Positions 11,714-24,154 of a stretch of 64,000 nucleotides of DNA are shown piece after piece; the stretch's first letter is position 1, and every line of letters starts with the position of its first letter. The translations under genes were made by a program, and so were the position numbers. The stretch lies in assembly GCA_002189035.1 (NCBI GenBank), contig NEEC01000007.1:1240001-1304000 (forward strand), in the 5' to 3' direction. Below the pieces are notes generated by a model that was not told where the DNA came from, did not search any database, and worked only from the letters and a program-made list of their open reading frames with translations. This DNA comes from Utricularia gibba (lineage: Eukaryota > Plantae > Magnoliophyta).

Positions 11714-13540
11714 ATGGGATTTTCATTTCAAAAAGGTGGCATCATCCGATATGCGGTTGAGCATGAACTGGACTAGAGCATCGTCGTCACTCCGGTGAAT
11801 TTCGGAAATTATTTCTGGGCAAAATGATATGGATTTTGGGACTGGGCTGCATTGCCCCTAACAATCGGAGCGTATGTGAGAGGATTGACGGCAGAGGTGG
11901 CAAGAATTTGCAGCAGAATGTGGCTTTGCTCTCGGCGGATTATGGTGGAAGCGAAGACGATGAGCCACAATCTGTTCACTCTTCGTTCAGATTCATCGTC
12001 GGGTCAAATGCTGAAAATGAGAAAAGTAGCAAAACCTCTGCCACTGTTTTAATGGTGGACATGGAAAGCCTTTTGGTAAGGGATTGTGATACGGAAACTC
12101 GAACTGAGTTACTGGAAAAGTTTATCTCTCCTGTTGCACTCTTCCTGATTCGTTTCAGCTACTCAGAAATTCTCTCCATCACAAGAAATTTCTCTAAAGG
12201 TGAGGATCAAGTGCTATTTCTTAGCCTTAAATCTCATTCCCTGATTGATGCTCTGATCCTACCAGGCAGGATTTTGGGAAAGGGAGCAATGAGTTCTGTG
12301 TTCAGAGGCAAAGTTGGATTCATGGGGACAGCATTAGCAATCAAACGGTTGGATAAATACCATAAAGAGTCATCTAAAGCATTTTGTAGGGAGCTGATGA
12401 TCGCAAGCTCATTACATGATCCTCACATTGTTCCCTTGGTGGGGTATTGCATTGATCGTGAGGAGGGCTTGTTTCTGATCTACAAATATGTTTCAGGTGG
12501 AAGCCTAGATCGGCTCTTGCACGGTAATGGCTCCTCCATGATCTGGTCTTCCACCAAATTCAGCAACTGATGAATGTTCTAGTTCTGTTGTGCAGAGAAG
12601 AAGGGCGTGAATGGCTACCGTGCAGTGTCCTGGTCAACTAGATACAAAGTTGCTGTTGGAATAGCTGAGGCTATAAACTACCTTCACAATGGAACAGAGA
12701 GATGCGTTGTTCATAGAGATATCAAACCGTCAAACATCCTTCTTTCTTCAAGAAAGATGCCAAAGGTGATCCTTTTCCTCATGTCCAGTTATTTTTCGAT
12801 CCGGTTGAATCATTGAATCTTTCTGATGCGATCTAGTTATGCGACTTTGGGTTGGCATCATGGACTCCTGCCCCATCAGTCCCCTTCCTTTGCAAAATGG
12901 TGAAAGGCACATTTGGGTATGAATCTATGTCACATAGCATAGCAAATTCTGGTTTGTTTCCAAGCAAACTACTGCTAGAAGTTATGTTATTGGATTCTGC
13001 AGTTATTTGGCTCCTGAATACTTCCAGCATGGGAAGGTTTCAGATAAGACTGATATTTATGCTTTTGGGGTTGTCCTCTTGGAGCTGATAACAGGGAGGA
13101 AGCCAATTGAATCCAGGAGAGGACACAGAGAAGAGAACCTGGTTTCATGGGTACCTTCCCCCCCCCCCCCTCAAAACCAGACTTTTATATGGGAAATGTT
13201 CTTTGAAACCACTGTGTTTCAGGCAAAGCCTTTTTTACATGGAGGAAGCACAGAGAAGCTGCTGGATCCGCGCATCAAATTCTCCAGGAAGAATTCTGCA
13301 CAAATAGCTCGCCTGGTTCAAGCAGCTGCCGCCTGCATAAACAGTGATGAGATCCTCAGGCCTGGAGCAGAGGAGATTGTTGGAATGCTAAGAGGAGAAC
13401 ACAGGGAATTAAGCAGAAGGAAGGCTGTCTCATCCTACAAGGAATCAGTAGCTGATTGTCAATCAGACATCAGTGAAATGAAGAATCACTTCGCTCTGGC
13501 AATGCTGGGAGTCGAATCTGATGATGATGACAGGATTTAA
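11714..13540 (+). CDS. Receptor-like cytoplasmic Ser/Thr kinase (At1g66460/At5g37790-like), 6 exons; start is 11714 if a frameshift is repaired, otherwise 11824
   Basis: Kinase motifs LGKGAMSSVF, AIKRLDK, HRDIKPSN, LCDFGLA, GTFGYLAPEY and [12 protein letters not shown]. Family signatures FCRELMIASSLH and C-terminal HFALAMLGV. Confidence 0.92.
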
Positions 13541-13729
13541 GGCGAGGTTCACTTGCTCTATGGCCTCTCCTTAAAACTTATTGATCATGGATTCATAGGA
13601 AGAAACAACACTTTTATTATTGCTATGAAATTGACAAGATCCTCGTACTCAGGCAGGTCTGGTGATGATCATAAACAGATAAAACACAAGCTACAAAAAG
13701 AACTATAAAGCATGTGGAAGAAGGATGAA

Positions 13730-13984
13730 TCAGAAGATCTTGGCAATGTCCCTGATCAGTCCGCTGTTCGCCTGAGCGAATTGGGTAAACTCCTCATACG
13801 AAATGTAGCCATCTCCATCGGTATCGAGCTCCGTCATCATGCGGGTGACTTCCTCCGCCGACACAGAGCCGAGTGCTTTCAGGGCATCCCTCAACTCAGC
13901 TGCTGAAACCTTGCCATCTCCGTTGGCATCGCATCTCTTGAAAACGCGCTCGCGATCAGCAACATCTTGTGGATCCTCCGCCAT
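13730..13984 (-). CDS. Polcalcin (two-EF-hand pollen calcium-binding protein, Bet v 4/Phl p 7 type), 84 aa, intronless
   Basis: MAEDPQDVADRERVFKRCDANGDGKVSAAEL...LDTDGDGYISYEEF...GLIRDIAKIF: two EF loops and the typical polcalcin C-terminus. Confidence 0.93.
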   Translation of the reverse strand: MAEDPQDVADRERVFKRCDANGDGKVSAAELRDALKALGSVSAEEVTRMMTELDTDGDGYISYEEFTQFAQANSGLIRDIAKIF

Positions 13985-14284
13985 CTGGTTTAGCGTATGA
14001 GGCCTGATGAGAATGAATGAAGAAGATTTCATCTCTGAAATTGGGTTATAATGACGCAGTTAGCGCAAGCTTATGGCTCCCCATGGAAGGCGGATCTTCA
14101 GAGGAGGTGATTGTGGGGGCCTATCCCAGAAGTGGGAGACAACTCGGAACACACAGAAATTTGGAATTGGATTGCAGAACAAATACCCTTTTTACATGAC
14201 ACACGGAACAATGAACAACAGCAGCAGCATCATAATCAGCACACTAACAAGAACAGGGGAGAAACAGGGGTAGCCCCTTCAGGA

Positions 14285-14998
14285 TCACATTTCATAGTAG
14301 GTGGACTTCTTCAACTGGAGGTGAATTTCTCCGCACTCGACGTCTCGTAGACGCAGGAACATGCGTTGGATGATGTTACCGTTCTCCCAAACGATGCAGC
14401 TTTCCTCTGCCAAGTAGTTCTCGCTGCTGGGTGTCACTTTGGTTACCACTGTTCCATTGGGGATTTTCTCCAGCTCCATCATCAGAACTTGCATTAACAC
14501 ACGGATGTCGATTTCAGCAGTCCCCATTTTGTCATCCCTGCTGAACCAATCTCTGTCATAGACCTCCTGCGATCCATAGAACAAACTACATTGGAATCTG
14601 TTTGAGACAAATGACTTAGAAATGAAAGTTACCAGCTTGATGGGGAGACAAGGATCGTCAACCCAGAGAGTGAGTTCTTCATTCCACACAGGATCAAGGC
14701 TCTTTTTCACCACCTTTGTCGCCAATCTCTAATTCAATGAAAAAGGTTACTTACCAAGGAAGTTCAGGATTACCCATCTTCCAGAAGAGGAAAAAGGTGC
14801 GAGCTTGAAGGTGACAATCAGCAAAGAACATAAAAACACCAACAGCAAACAAGTACAAGATTGAAGGTAAGGGTCAGCGACCTGGTTCCCCAGCTTGAGA
14901 ACAACGTAAGGATCACTGCTTCTTGAAAAGAAATCCCTTATGGCAAGATTCAGGCCTCTCAGGACAGTGATTTTCAGCCCACCAAACGACCTCTCCAT
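14285..14998 (-). CDS. CAR: C2-domain ABA-related (CAR) protein, divergent tandem copy A, 3 exons
   Basis: GLKITVLRGLNLAIRD...SSDPYVV / TKVVKKSLDPVWNEELTL / VYDRD..SRDDKMG...LRLRDVECGEI. Intron 1 is 14729-14881. Confidence 0.9.
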
Positions 14999-15273
14999 TC
15001 CCAGAATCAGGATCTTAACTCCAGAAACGAAAAATTATCATGTTGTTTCCTCAAAAAAAAAATCTGGGAAGACTTGGCAGTTGACTTAGAAATCGGGTCG
15101 AATCCCCAGTTCCGAATCACTCCTCTAACACGGGCCTAGTTCTCTCAGCACGGCATTTTGTTTGTCTTTTAGTATATTAAAAATGCTGAATAATTCAACT
15201 TGTCAACAGTAGTTGCGGTTGTGGAACAAGGGACGATGAAGACAAGTCGTGATTACAACACAAGAATCTGGGT

Positions 15274-15953
15274 TTACAGTCCTCTTGATCCAGGGACGTT
15301 GATCCACCTCAGCTGGAGCTCGATTTCTCCGCATTCGACGTTTCTCAATCGCAGAAACAGGCGTTGCAGTACCTGTCCATTCTCCCAGAAAATGGAGCTT
15401 TCCTCTGATAAGCAGTTTTCCCTGGTTGGCTTCACCTTCGTTATCACTGTTCCCATGGGAACGGTATCGAACTTCAACTTCAGAGCCTCCACCAATTGTT
15501 GGATATCAAATTCAGCATCCCCCATTTTGTCATCTCTGCTTAACCTATCTCTGTCGTACACTTCCTGCAACCAACCGCAGCCAGCGCTGTAAGAAACAGA
15601 GGTTTACAACGACGATGCTTCCAAGGAGAAAGCAGCTTACCAGCTTAATGGGGAGACTCGGGTCCTGAATAGTGAGAGTCAGCTCCTCGTTCCACTCAGG
15701 ATTAAGACTCTTTTTCACTACTTTGGTCTTCAGTTTCTGATCGAAATCATAGATCAGACAACCCATGAACCAGCATCAGAAAAATATTCAATCTTTGAAG
15801 ATCAATCCAACTCAAGAAAGTCATAAACCAGTAATCACAAACCTGTTTATCCAACTTGACAACCACATAAGGATCACTGCTAATCGTGTCTCTTTTTGCA
15901 AGGTTCACACCACGCAAAACTGTGATTCTCAGCAAACCCAGCAAGTGCTCCAT
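15274..15953 (-). CDS. CAR: C2-domain ABA-related (CAR) protein, tandem copy B, 3 exons
   Basis: MEHLLGLLRITVLRGVNLAKRDTISSDPYVVVK / KLKTKVVKKSLNPEWNEELTL / EVYDRDRLSRDDKMGDAEFDI...LRLRNVECGEIELQLRWINVPGSRGL. Confidence 0.94.
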
Positions 15954-16692
15954 CCCAAATTCACAAGAAATGGAAAAAAACACAACTGCTTCATTGGAAA
16001 AGCAGCTCACAGCCCCATATTTTATACTACATCTCTACTGTAGTTCAGAGAAAAAGTCAACTCCGAGCGCAGTAGACCGCATCGTTTCACCTTTTTAAGG
16101 TCTTCATGGTAACAAGTGTAAACAAACGGCGTTGAAACGAGCTCACAAACAGCCGCCATTGTTGATGAAGGCCGAACAGACTTCTTTATCTTTGTTTCTT
16201 GTTATAGTTTATTCATCCTACTAACAATAAAAAATCTCGTCTTTCATGATATTATTCGATTAGAATGTTAAATTATCATGATTTATATTTTACCTTATAC
16301 TCAAATTACTTCAAACTAAATATGATTAATCTTGACCTTACATCATACTCAAGAAAAATCGTTATATAAAATTTTATGATATTAATTTTCCCCATCCATA
16401 ATTAATATAAAATTCATTTGATATACTTGGTTAGTTGAAGACCTAAAGTGCGTAGCCCATCCCAGAAACTTCCTCCGAAAATTAAAATATTTCCACACGG
16501 AAAAGATTATTCAAGACCACAGCAATCAGTCTCACGGGAAAGAAACATTCAAGCTCTTGATGATCAAAACCACGTGTTTTAATTATTCATTAAAAGAAAA
16601 CAAATATTGCGCCTTCCGGGAGATGGAGCGCTGCAGTGTTCAAATGAATGGATAATTGCCGTCCAAATTATATTTTATCATATTTATTTACA

Positions 16693-16694
<2 letters not shown>

Positions 16695-16728
<34 letters not shown>
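16695..16728. repeat. (AAT)n microsatellite, about 11 units
   Basis: Read directly from the sequence. Confidence 0.9.
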
Positions 16729-16729
<1 letters not shown>

Positions 16730-19700
16730 CTAAAAATAATAATATTCAAACGAGTGATTAGAGTGAATTTAAATAATTTATATATACATAAAATATTAAT
16801 ATGGACATAAAATGAAATTGTAGCAGTATTAGACATTATGAAAAACGGAATAACATAAATTGTTAATTTTCAAACACGTTTTCGTAGTCACCCTAAAAAA
16901 ATGTTGCAAATTGCAATCCACGTACCCGTATGTGTATTAAGTGACATCCAGGCCTTCGAGGCTGTCTGCTGGATTGGTTTATGGGCCTTAGGGCCCAAAT
17001 GCAAATCAAATATAAGGAAACTGTACTAAAAAATTATTCTTCAATATTTAATATACATTCGTCCTACTGATAAAATTCGTTCTCAAAATTTTACCTATCG
17101 GACATAATAAGTCTACAAAATTTGATACATCGTACATAACTAAGTTTCAAAATAATTACTTATTATTTATGTCGATATGGTTATATAAACAACGAGTAAA
17201 GACCCATTTTATCACGGTTTCAAAACAGTGAGATTAATTATATTAAATTTTTAAACAAATGGAGATAAACAATAAAATAATCGAAGTCTTTTTTTTAATT
17301 TTGGGGAACCAATAATAAAATGCATTGGTGGGCTTTGGTGCGTGGGCCCAGTGGCGGCACATTAAATTAGGGTATGTAGGTGCGATTGCCATTGCCATTG
17401 AAGCCCGCCCATGTTGGTAAAGTGAAGAGTGTACGGAAGGGGCCCGACCCGGAGCCAGAGGCAGAGGAAGGCAGAGCTAGGTTGCGATTGGCGATTGCGA
17501 GGGACGGGTCGTTTGCAGGAGCAGAGGACAGAAGGGCTCAGCAGGGGAGGGTCCGGGCTGAGCTGCCCCTTTCCGCCCAGCCACCTCCTCCTCATAATGC
17601 AGCTGCAAAAAGCGAGAATCCACCTTACACTTTTGTCGGAACTGGGCTCCGATGGGATGCCCCGCCAGCTTCCCCCTTCCATTATTCTCATATCCATCCA
17701 TAAGATGTGTGTACTGACCCGCCCCGTTTCATCCGGATTCTGGACAACTACTCATGCTTGATTTTGTTGAAATTCAGAATCTAATGAATCAAATGAATCA
17801 AATGAATACACTTGAAGTTCAAATATATAAAAGATGTAAATTATATTAAAAAAATTAAAATCAAACAATTATTAATGGTTTATAATTTATTATAAGCTTG
17901 ATTATCTCATTTTTATTTTAACAACTTTTCTTCCCAACTCTTTTTTTTTTTCTTATTTTCCCCTTGGAAGCCGAAGCCCCTCGGGCTGACAGCGACCACT
18001 CCCGAGCTGAGCGTAGCCTTCCGCCCCCAACATCACTCACATCGCCTCGTCTCTCTCGCTACTTGTGGCCCGCCCACGACTTCTTTTCCCCATTATTATT
18101 TATTATAAATAAATATTTATACATTTTTAAAAAAATTTAGGGGAAAAAAAACCTCATAAAAAGGGTATTTGTGTCTACATTTTATATTTAAAATTGAAAA
18201 CAGAAAACATTTTAAAATTTAATGATTGGGTAAATTTGATGTCTGGACAGGACATGTGTTTCCCATTTTAATTCCGCATTGATATCGCCTCTGCTCGGTC
18301 AACTTGGCTTTGGCTGTCCTCGTCCCCTTCCCATTATCGCCTTGCCCCCTCTTTTGTTTTTTTTTTTTATTCTACTAAAAAAAAAGGATTAACAGTAAGG
18401 GTGTGATCCAGTAGAATGGGGCACAGGAGAGTTTAGGTGCAGCGTTGAACGTTGAAAAATGGAGATGCGTTGTTGGGAAATTCGGCCTCCCCCGACCAAT
18501 TTACTAAAATTAATTCATTAAAAAAATATTGTTCACGTCTCGTCTGTTAGGCTCCCGTTGAGGATCGTGGGGTGCAACAACAGTCAGTATCCACCCTGGA
18601 AATGCATGACATTGTGATGTCACCAACTTCTTCGAAAAAATAAATAAACATTTCTTTTTTTTTTTGAAAAAGCAAAACTGTTTGAATAAAAAATTAGTTA
18701 TGTTTTTATTTGATTATAATATATTTTTATTATATTAATATTTTCTAATCATCTATCATTTATGTTTTGTCCCATTCACATCTACATTGTAGGTCCAATC
18801 CAAGTAAGAATGTAAGGACAATAATCGAATTCCATATCAATCATGAAACATTTTTTAGTATAGGAAAAAAACATAAAATCATAAGAATTATATACAATAT
18901 TATATAAAGGAATTATATATATGGAAATGGAAGGTAGAGTCTTGGGCTAATGTGGGGCAACTTTCAAACTGTAGAGGATGAAGATTGGCAGTTTGGAGGG
19001 ACCAGGTCCATCAACTAATTAATTATATCACACCTTTTACTCTAAGGTGAATCCCCAAAGGAGTTCATGTTGTCCCCTTAATTATGATAGCAAACATCTT
19101 CTATTTGACAAAAATTGATGATTTTTAAATTTAGTATCTTCTATTTGATAAAGATTACTATATGTCTCCAATATGGTTGGGATGGTGGCATCCCCTATTT
19201 TAATATCATGTACTTTCTCTGTGTTTCTGATTGGGATTATTCATAATATATGATGGAGGGATTACCATATTCTTGTACACCTATTGTTTTTTTTAAATAA
19301 AATGTTAAAAAAAAAGAAGGACAATGGGGAAGAGACAGGGACATTAGGGAAAGCAAGGACCCTCCTACACTTGGAGATGACATGTGCTGTAACCCTAGTG
19401 ATTCACTTATTGTGCTTTGATGCCCCCATGTGGTCCCCATCCACCATCTAACACATAAATTAAAATAACAAAAAATAGACAAAAACAAACTATTTGGACA
19501 AACTTTTCAATCAATTTACATGCTTATTATTAGAACTATTAAAAAAATATAATTTATGATATGTGTAATTGAAAAAAATATGTCTAGTTCTTTTATATCA
19601 TATTAAAAATAAAATAAACTTTTAATAATAGGAAGTTGCGCAAAAAATGTTATTATTTAGGTAAAAAGATGCTCAAATTATGAGGAAAATATGAAATATA

Positions 19701-20003
19701 ACTTGGCATTATATATATTATATAAGGTTAAGTTTATTTTATTATATTTATTAAATATGTTTAATGTAATAATGATAGTCGAACAAAGCCTAGAAACAAA
19801 ACTAGAGGTTATTAATAGTTTCCTCGTTATGGGGGTTGATCCTGGATTTTTCGGGGATAATGGGCCCCTCTGTGCAATAAATGCGATGCTTGAGGACTAG
19901 GATGCAAATTTGAACATATTTTCAGTTCCACTTCCGACTTCTGTGTACTTGAAAAGGAGCAGAGGCCGCAGACGGGCGAGGCGAGAATCGGGAAACACGA
20001 AGA

Positions 20004-23000
20004 ATGCGTTTCCTCCGCTTACTCTGCTTGTTTTTTCTGGGTTTCCTCCGTTACTACGCCGTCGTGGCCGCAAAGCCGCCGCGGATTACGGAGCGACAGT
20101 CTCTGCTCTCCATTAAAGATGCAATTACCGATGACCCGCATTCGGCGCTCGCCTCATGGAACTCGACCACTAACCACTGTTTTTGGAGAGGCGTTACCTG
20201 CGATCCTTCTGGACGACACGTCACGGCGGTGGATATCTCGAATCTCAGTCTCGCTGGAGTTCTTTCGCCGGAGGTGGGTCACCTGAGATTTCTCGTTAAT
20301 CTGTCTGTGGCTGCTAATTCCCTTTCCGGACCGGTTCCGCCGCAAATCTCCCTCATCCCCAACCTACGGTATCTCAATCTTTCCAACAATGTTTTCAACC
20401 GTAGTTTCCCGAGGGAGCTCTGCCGGCTAGAGAATCTCCAGGTTCTTGACTTGTACAACAACAATATGACCGGGGATTTCCCATCCGAAGCCTATTTGCT
20501 TTCAAATCTCCGCCATTTGCATCTCGGGGGCAATTTTTTCACCGGTGTTATACCGCCTGAGTTTGGTTCCTTTCCTCATCTCGAGTATTTGGCAGTTTCC
20601 GGTAACGAGCTCACTGGGGCCATTCCACCGGAGATCGGAAACCTTACCCAACTCAAGGAGCTCTATGTTGGCTACTACAACACGTTCTCGGGTAGTTTAC
20701 CCAAAGAAATAGGAAATTTGTCCAACTTAGTTCGTTTGGATGCGGCTAACTGCGGACTCTCAGGTGAGATTCCCGACGAGATCGGAAATTTGCAGAATCT
20801 GGACACTCTTTTTCTCCAGGTGAACGGGTTCTCTGGGGAACTAACTCCCGCCTTAGGAAACTTGAAAGCCTTGAAATCCATGGATCTGTCCAACAATGTG
20901 CTCTCCGGGGGATCCCACCTTCATTTGCCCACCTTAAAAACCTAACTCTCTTGAATCTCTTCAGGAATAAGCTGACAAGCTCCATTCCAGACTTCATCGG
21001 TGAGCTGCCTGAGCTGCAGGTGTTGCAGTTGTGGGAAAACAACTTCACCGGCACTATTCCTCAGAACTTAGGCAGCAATGGGAATCTGCGCGAACTAGAT
21101 TTGAGTTCGAATAAGCTGACGGGCACTTTACCTCCAAATCTCTGCCTTGGTAATCAGCTTCACACATTGATCACTTTGGGAAACTTCCTTTTTGGGTCGA
21201 TCCCTGAAGCACTGGGTAAATGTGAATCGTTGAGTAGAATCAGGATGGGCGAAAACTACCTCAATGGATCCATTCCCAACGGGCTGTTTAGCTTGCCACT
21301 GCTTACTCAAGTTGAGCTACAAGACAATCTACTCTCGGGTTCTTTTCCTGAAACTCATGTTATATCTCAGAATATTGGTCAAATCAGTCTTTCGAATAAT
21401 CATCTTACTGGGCCTCTACCACCGAGTATCGGGAATTTCATTGCCGTTCAGAAGCTCTTTCTGGATGGAAACAAGTTCTCTGGTAGTATCCCGGCTGAAA
21501 TTGGGAAGCTGCAGCAGTTGTCGAAGATGGATTTCAGTCATAATGAACTTTCAGGCCCTCTTCCCTCAGAAATTAGCCAGTGTAAGCTGGTGACATTTGT
21601 GGATATTAGCAGGAATCAGCTGTCGGGTAAGGTGCCCATGGAGATTAGTGCTTTGAGGATTCTTAACTACTTGAATCTTTCAAGAAACCAGTTAGAGGGC
21701 AACATCCCTTCATCCATTTCTAGCATGCAGAGTTTAACTTCTGTCGATTTTTCATACAACAATCTCACCGGCTTGGTTCCTGGAACTGGACAATTTAGCT
21801 ACTTCAATTACACTTCCTTTCTGGGTAATCCCAATCTTTGCGGACCTTACTTGGGTCCCTGCAAACAAGGCATTGTAAACGGTGTCCAAAGGCCGCATGA
21901 GAAGGGAACTTTTACTCCATCGATGAAGCTGTTTCTCGTTATAGGCTTGCTGATTTGCTCTATTGTCTTCGCCGTGGCTGCAATTATAAAAGCTCGTTCA
22001 ATGAAAAAGGCTAACGAGGCTCGTTCATGGAAGCTCACAGCTTTTCAGAGACTGGATTTCACCTGTGATGATGTTCTAGATTGTCTTAAAGAGGACAACA
22101 TTATAGGAAAAGGAGGAGCTGGTATTGTGTACAAAGGGGTTATGCCCGGTGGTGAGATGGTTGCCGTTAAGAGGTTACCGGCGATGAGCAGAGGCTCATC
22201 GCATGATCACGGTTTCAATGCTGAGATACAGACTCTTGGAAGAATCAGACACAGGCATATTGTTAGACTTCTCGGTTTCTGTTCGAATCATGAAACGAAT
22301 CTTCTGGTTTATGAATACATGCCTAATGGGAGCCTAGGCGAAATGCTCCATGGTAAGAAAGGTGGACATTTGCACTGGGATACAAGGTATAAAATTGCAG
22401 TTGAAGCTGCCAAGGGACTCTGCTATCTCCATCACGATTGCTCCCCATTGATCGTTCATCGAGACGTCAAATCAAACAATATCCTCTTGGATTCAAGTTT
22501 TGAAGCGCATGTTGCTGATTTTGGACTAGCCAAGTTCCTCCAAGATTCAGGGACATCAGAGTGTATGTCTGCCATTGCTGGATCCTATGGTTACATTGCT
22601 CCAGGTATTTCTCCCATCATCAGTCTCTTGTTATTCATCCCTTCATCGATTGGTTAGCCTCATTATCTGAACCCCTGATGCATTCCAGAGTACGCCTACA
22701 CGCTCAAGGTTGACGAGAAGAGTGATGTGTACAGCTTTGGCGTGGTTCTTCTAGAACTAGTCACTGGCAGGAAACCGGTTGGAGAATTCGGTGACGGTGT
22801 GGACATCGTGCAATGGGTGAGAAAAACCAGCCGTGGCAACAAAGATGAAGTGTTAAAGGTCCTCGATCCAAGGCTCACGAGTGTCCCCATCGTTGAAGTG
22901 GCTCATGTCTTTTATGTTGCAATGCTTTGTGTGGAAGAGCAAGCCGTGGAGCGGCCAACGATGCGGGAGGTCGTGCAAATTCTGAGTGAATTGCCGAAGT

Positions 23001-23113
23001 CCCCAGTGGCTCCAATCAAGTCACAGTCACCCCCTCCTGAGCCATCCTCTGCTTGTTCGTCCTCGGACCATAATAACAAGTCATCTCCACCACCAGACCT
23101 TCTGAGCATCTAG
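20004..23113 (+). CDS. BAM1: LRR receptor kinase BARELY ANY MERISTEM 1/2 type (CLV1 family); one intron (22605-22688); one frameshift in the G5 run at 20907-20911
   Basis: Signal peptide, LRRNT, LRR array, TM segment ([20 protein letters not shown]) and kinase with BAM signatures [18 protein letters not shown] and [30 protein letters not shown]. One extra base joins the two ORFs into a 1008-aa protein. Confidence 0.93.
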
Positions 23114-24154
23114 AGAAAAGGACCCATGAGTCGTGTTGTTTTCTATCGTTGAACAAAATGTCTGTGGCTGTTTCTGATATGAAGTTATTGGTCTGTTTAC
23201 TGTGCAAAGACAGTAGTACAGAGCACTGGTGCAGTTGCAGGTGTGGGGGCATTTTTAGGTTTAAGAAAAAATGTGGATCAGTTACCAAGAAAGTGTGATT
23301 CTCAGTGCAATTCCATCTTCTTTTCAACACATTTGTGATGATGGGGGGTTGAGTTAAATGATCACAACTCACTCCCTCAACTCAACTCAGTGATGGCAAC
23401 TCTTCATTAAAGTTTGAGTAGTCAATCAGTCACCACTGGGGCTGAGTACCGAGCCCCACTACTCAGTGGAATCTACAGAATTCAATTCAAGCTCCCTTTT
23501 CTTCTTGTAATCATCCCTTCTTTGTAATGATGGGTGATTCGGAGCACAGGACCAAGTGACAGCAGTAGAAACCGTTTGAGTCCATTGGATTTAGGAGTCA
23601 TTCTCTGTGTGGTGTGGTTGCCTGGTGGATGAAACGGGGTTGTTCTACTGCAAAAAGGTTGCAAGGTTTTACAGATAGGATTACTTGGAGTTTGTTTCTA
23701 ATAACTTTGGAGCAATAACAACTGACTCAATTCACGTGAGTGGACTCAAGAAGAGGCTGCTTCTCCTTGCTGATGGTGTCACCAGGTGAGACCAAGCGAT
23801 GCCGAAAGCGCCATGGCATTGGGTTCGCAGTGTGCATGCGAAAACCACCAGCAGCTGCCATCACATTCCATTCCATTCCATCCCTCCAGATGGAGCCGCG
23901 ATTGTGCTCCCCCATGTTGGGGGTAAAGCCGATTGCAGTGTTTTTCTTCTCGCTTACAGATTGAGCAGCCGCATCAGCAGGGCCTGCCTTCCTCTCTAAT
24001 GGCTTTCAACAGCCCAAAATGCAGCAAGATACTGACGTGAAAACAGGCCCGGAGCTTCAAAGTGACACCTCACCCGCAATTCCAGAGTTGCTTACGTGGA
24101 ACAATGGTCATGGACCCCACGTTCTAATTCCAGAGTTGCTTACAGAGAAAGGAA

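Noticed and set aside
15065-15115. tRNA- or SINE-like B-box (GGGTCGAATCC) between the CAR genes
   Set aside because: No proper A-box or cloverleaf, and the T-stem does not form.
18430-18450. 12-nt match to miR397 (GTGCAGCGTTGA)
   Set aside because: Too short, and no flanking fold-back partner.
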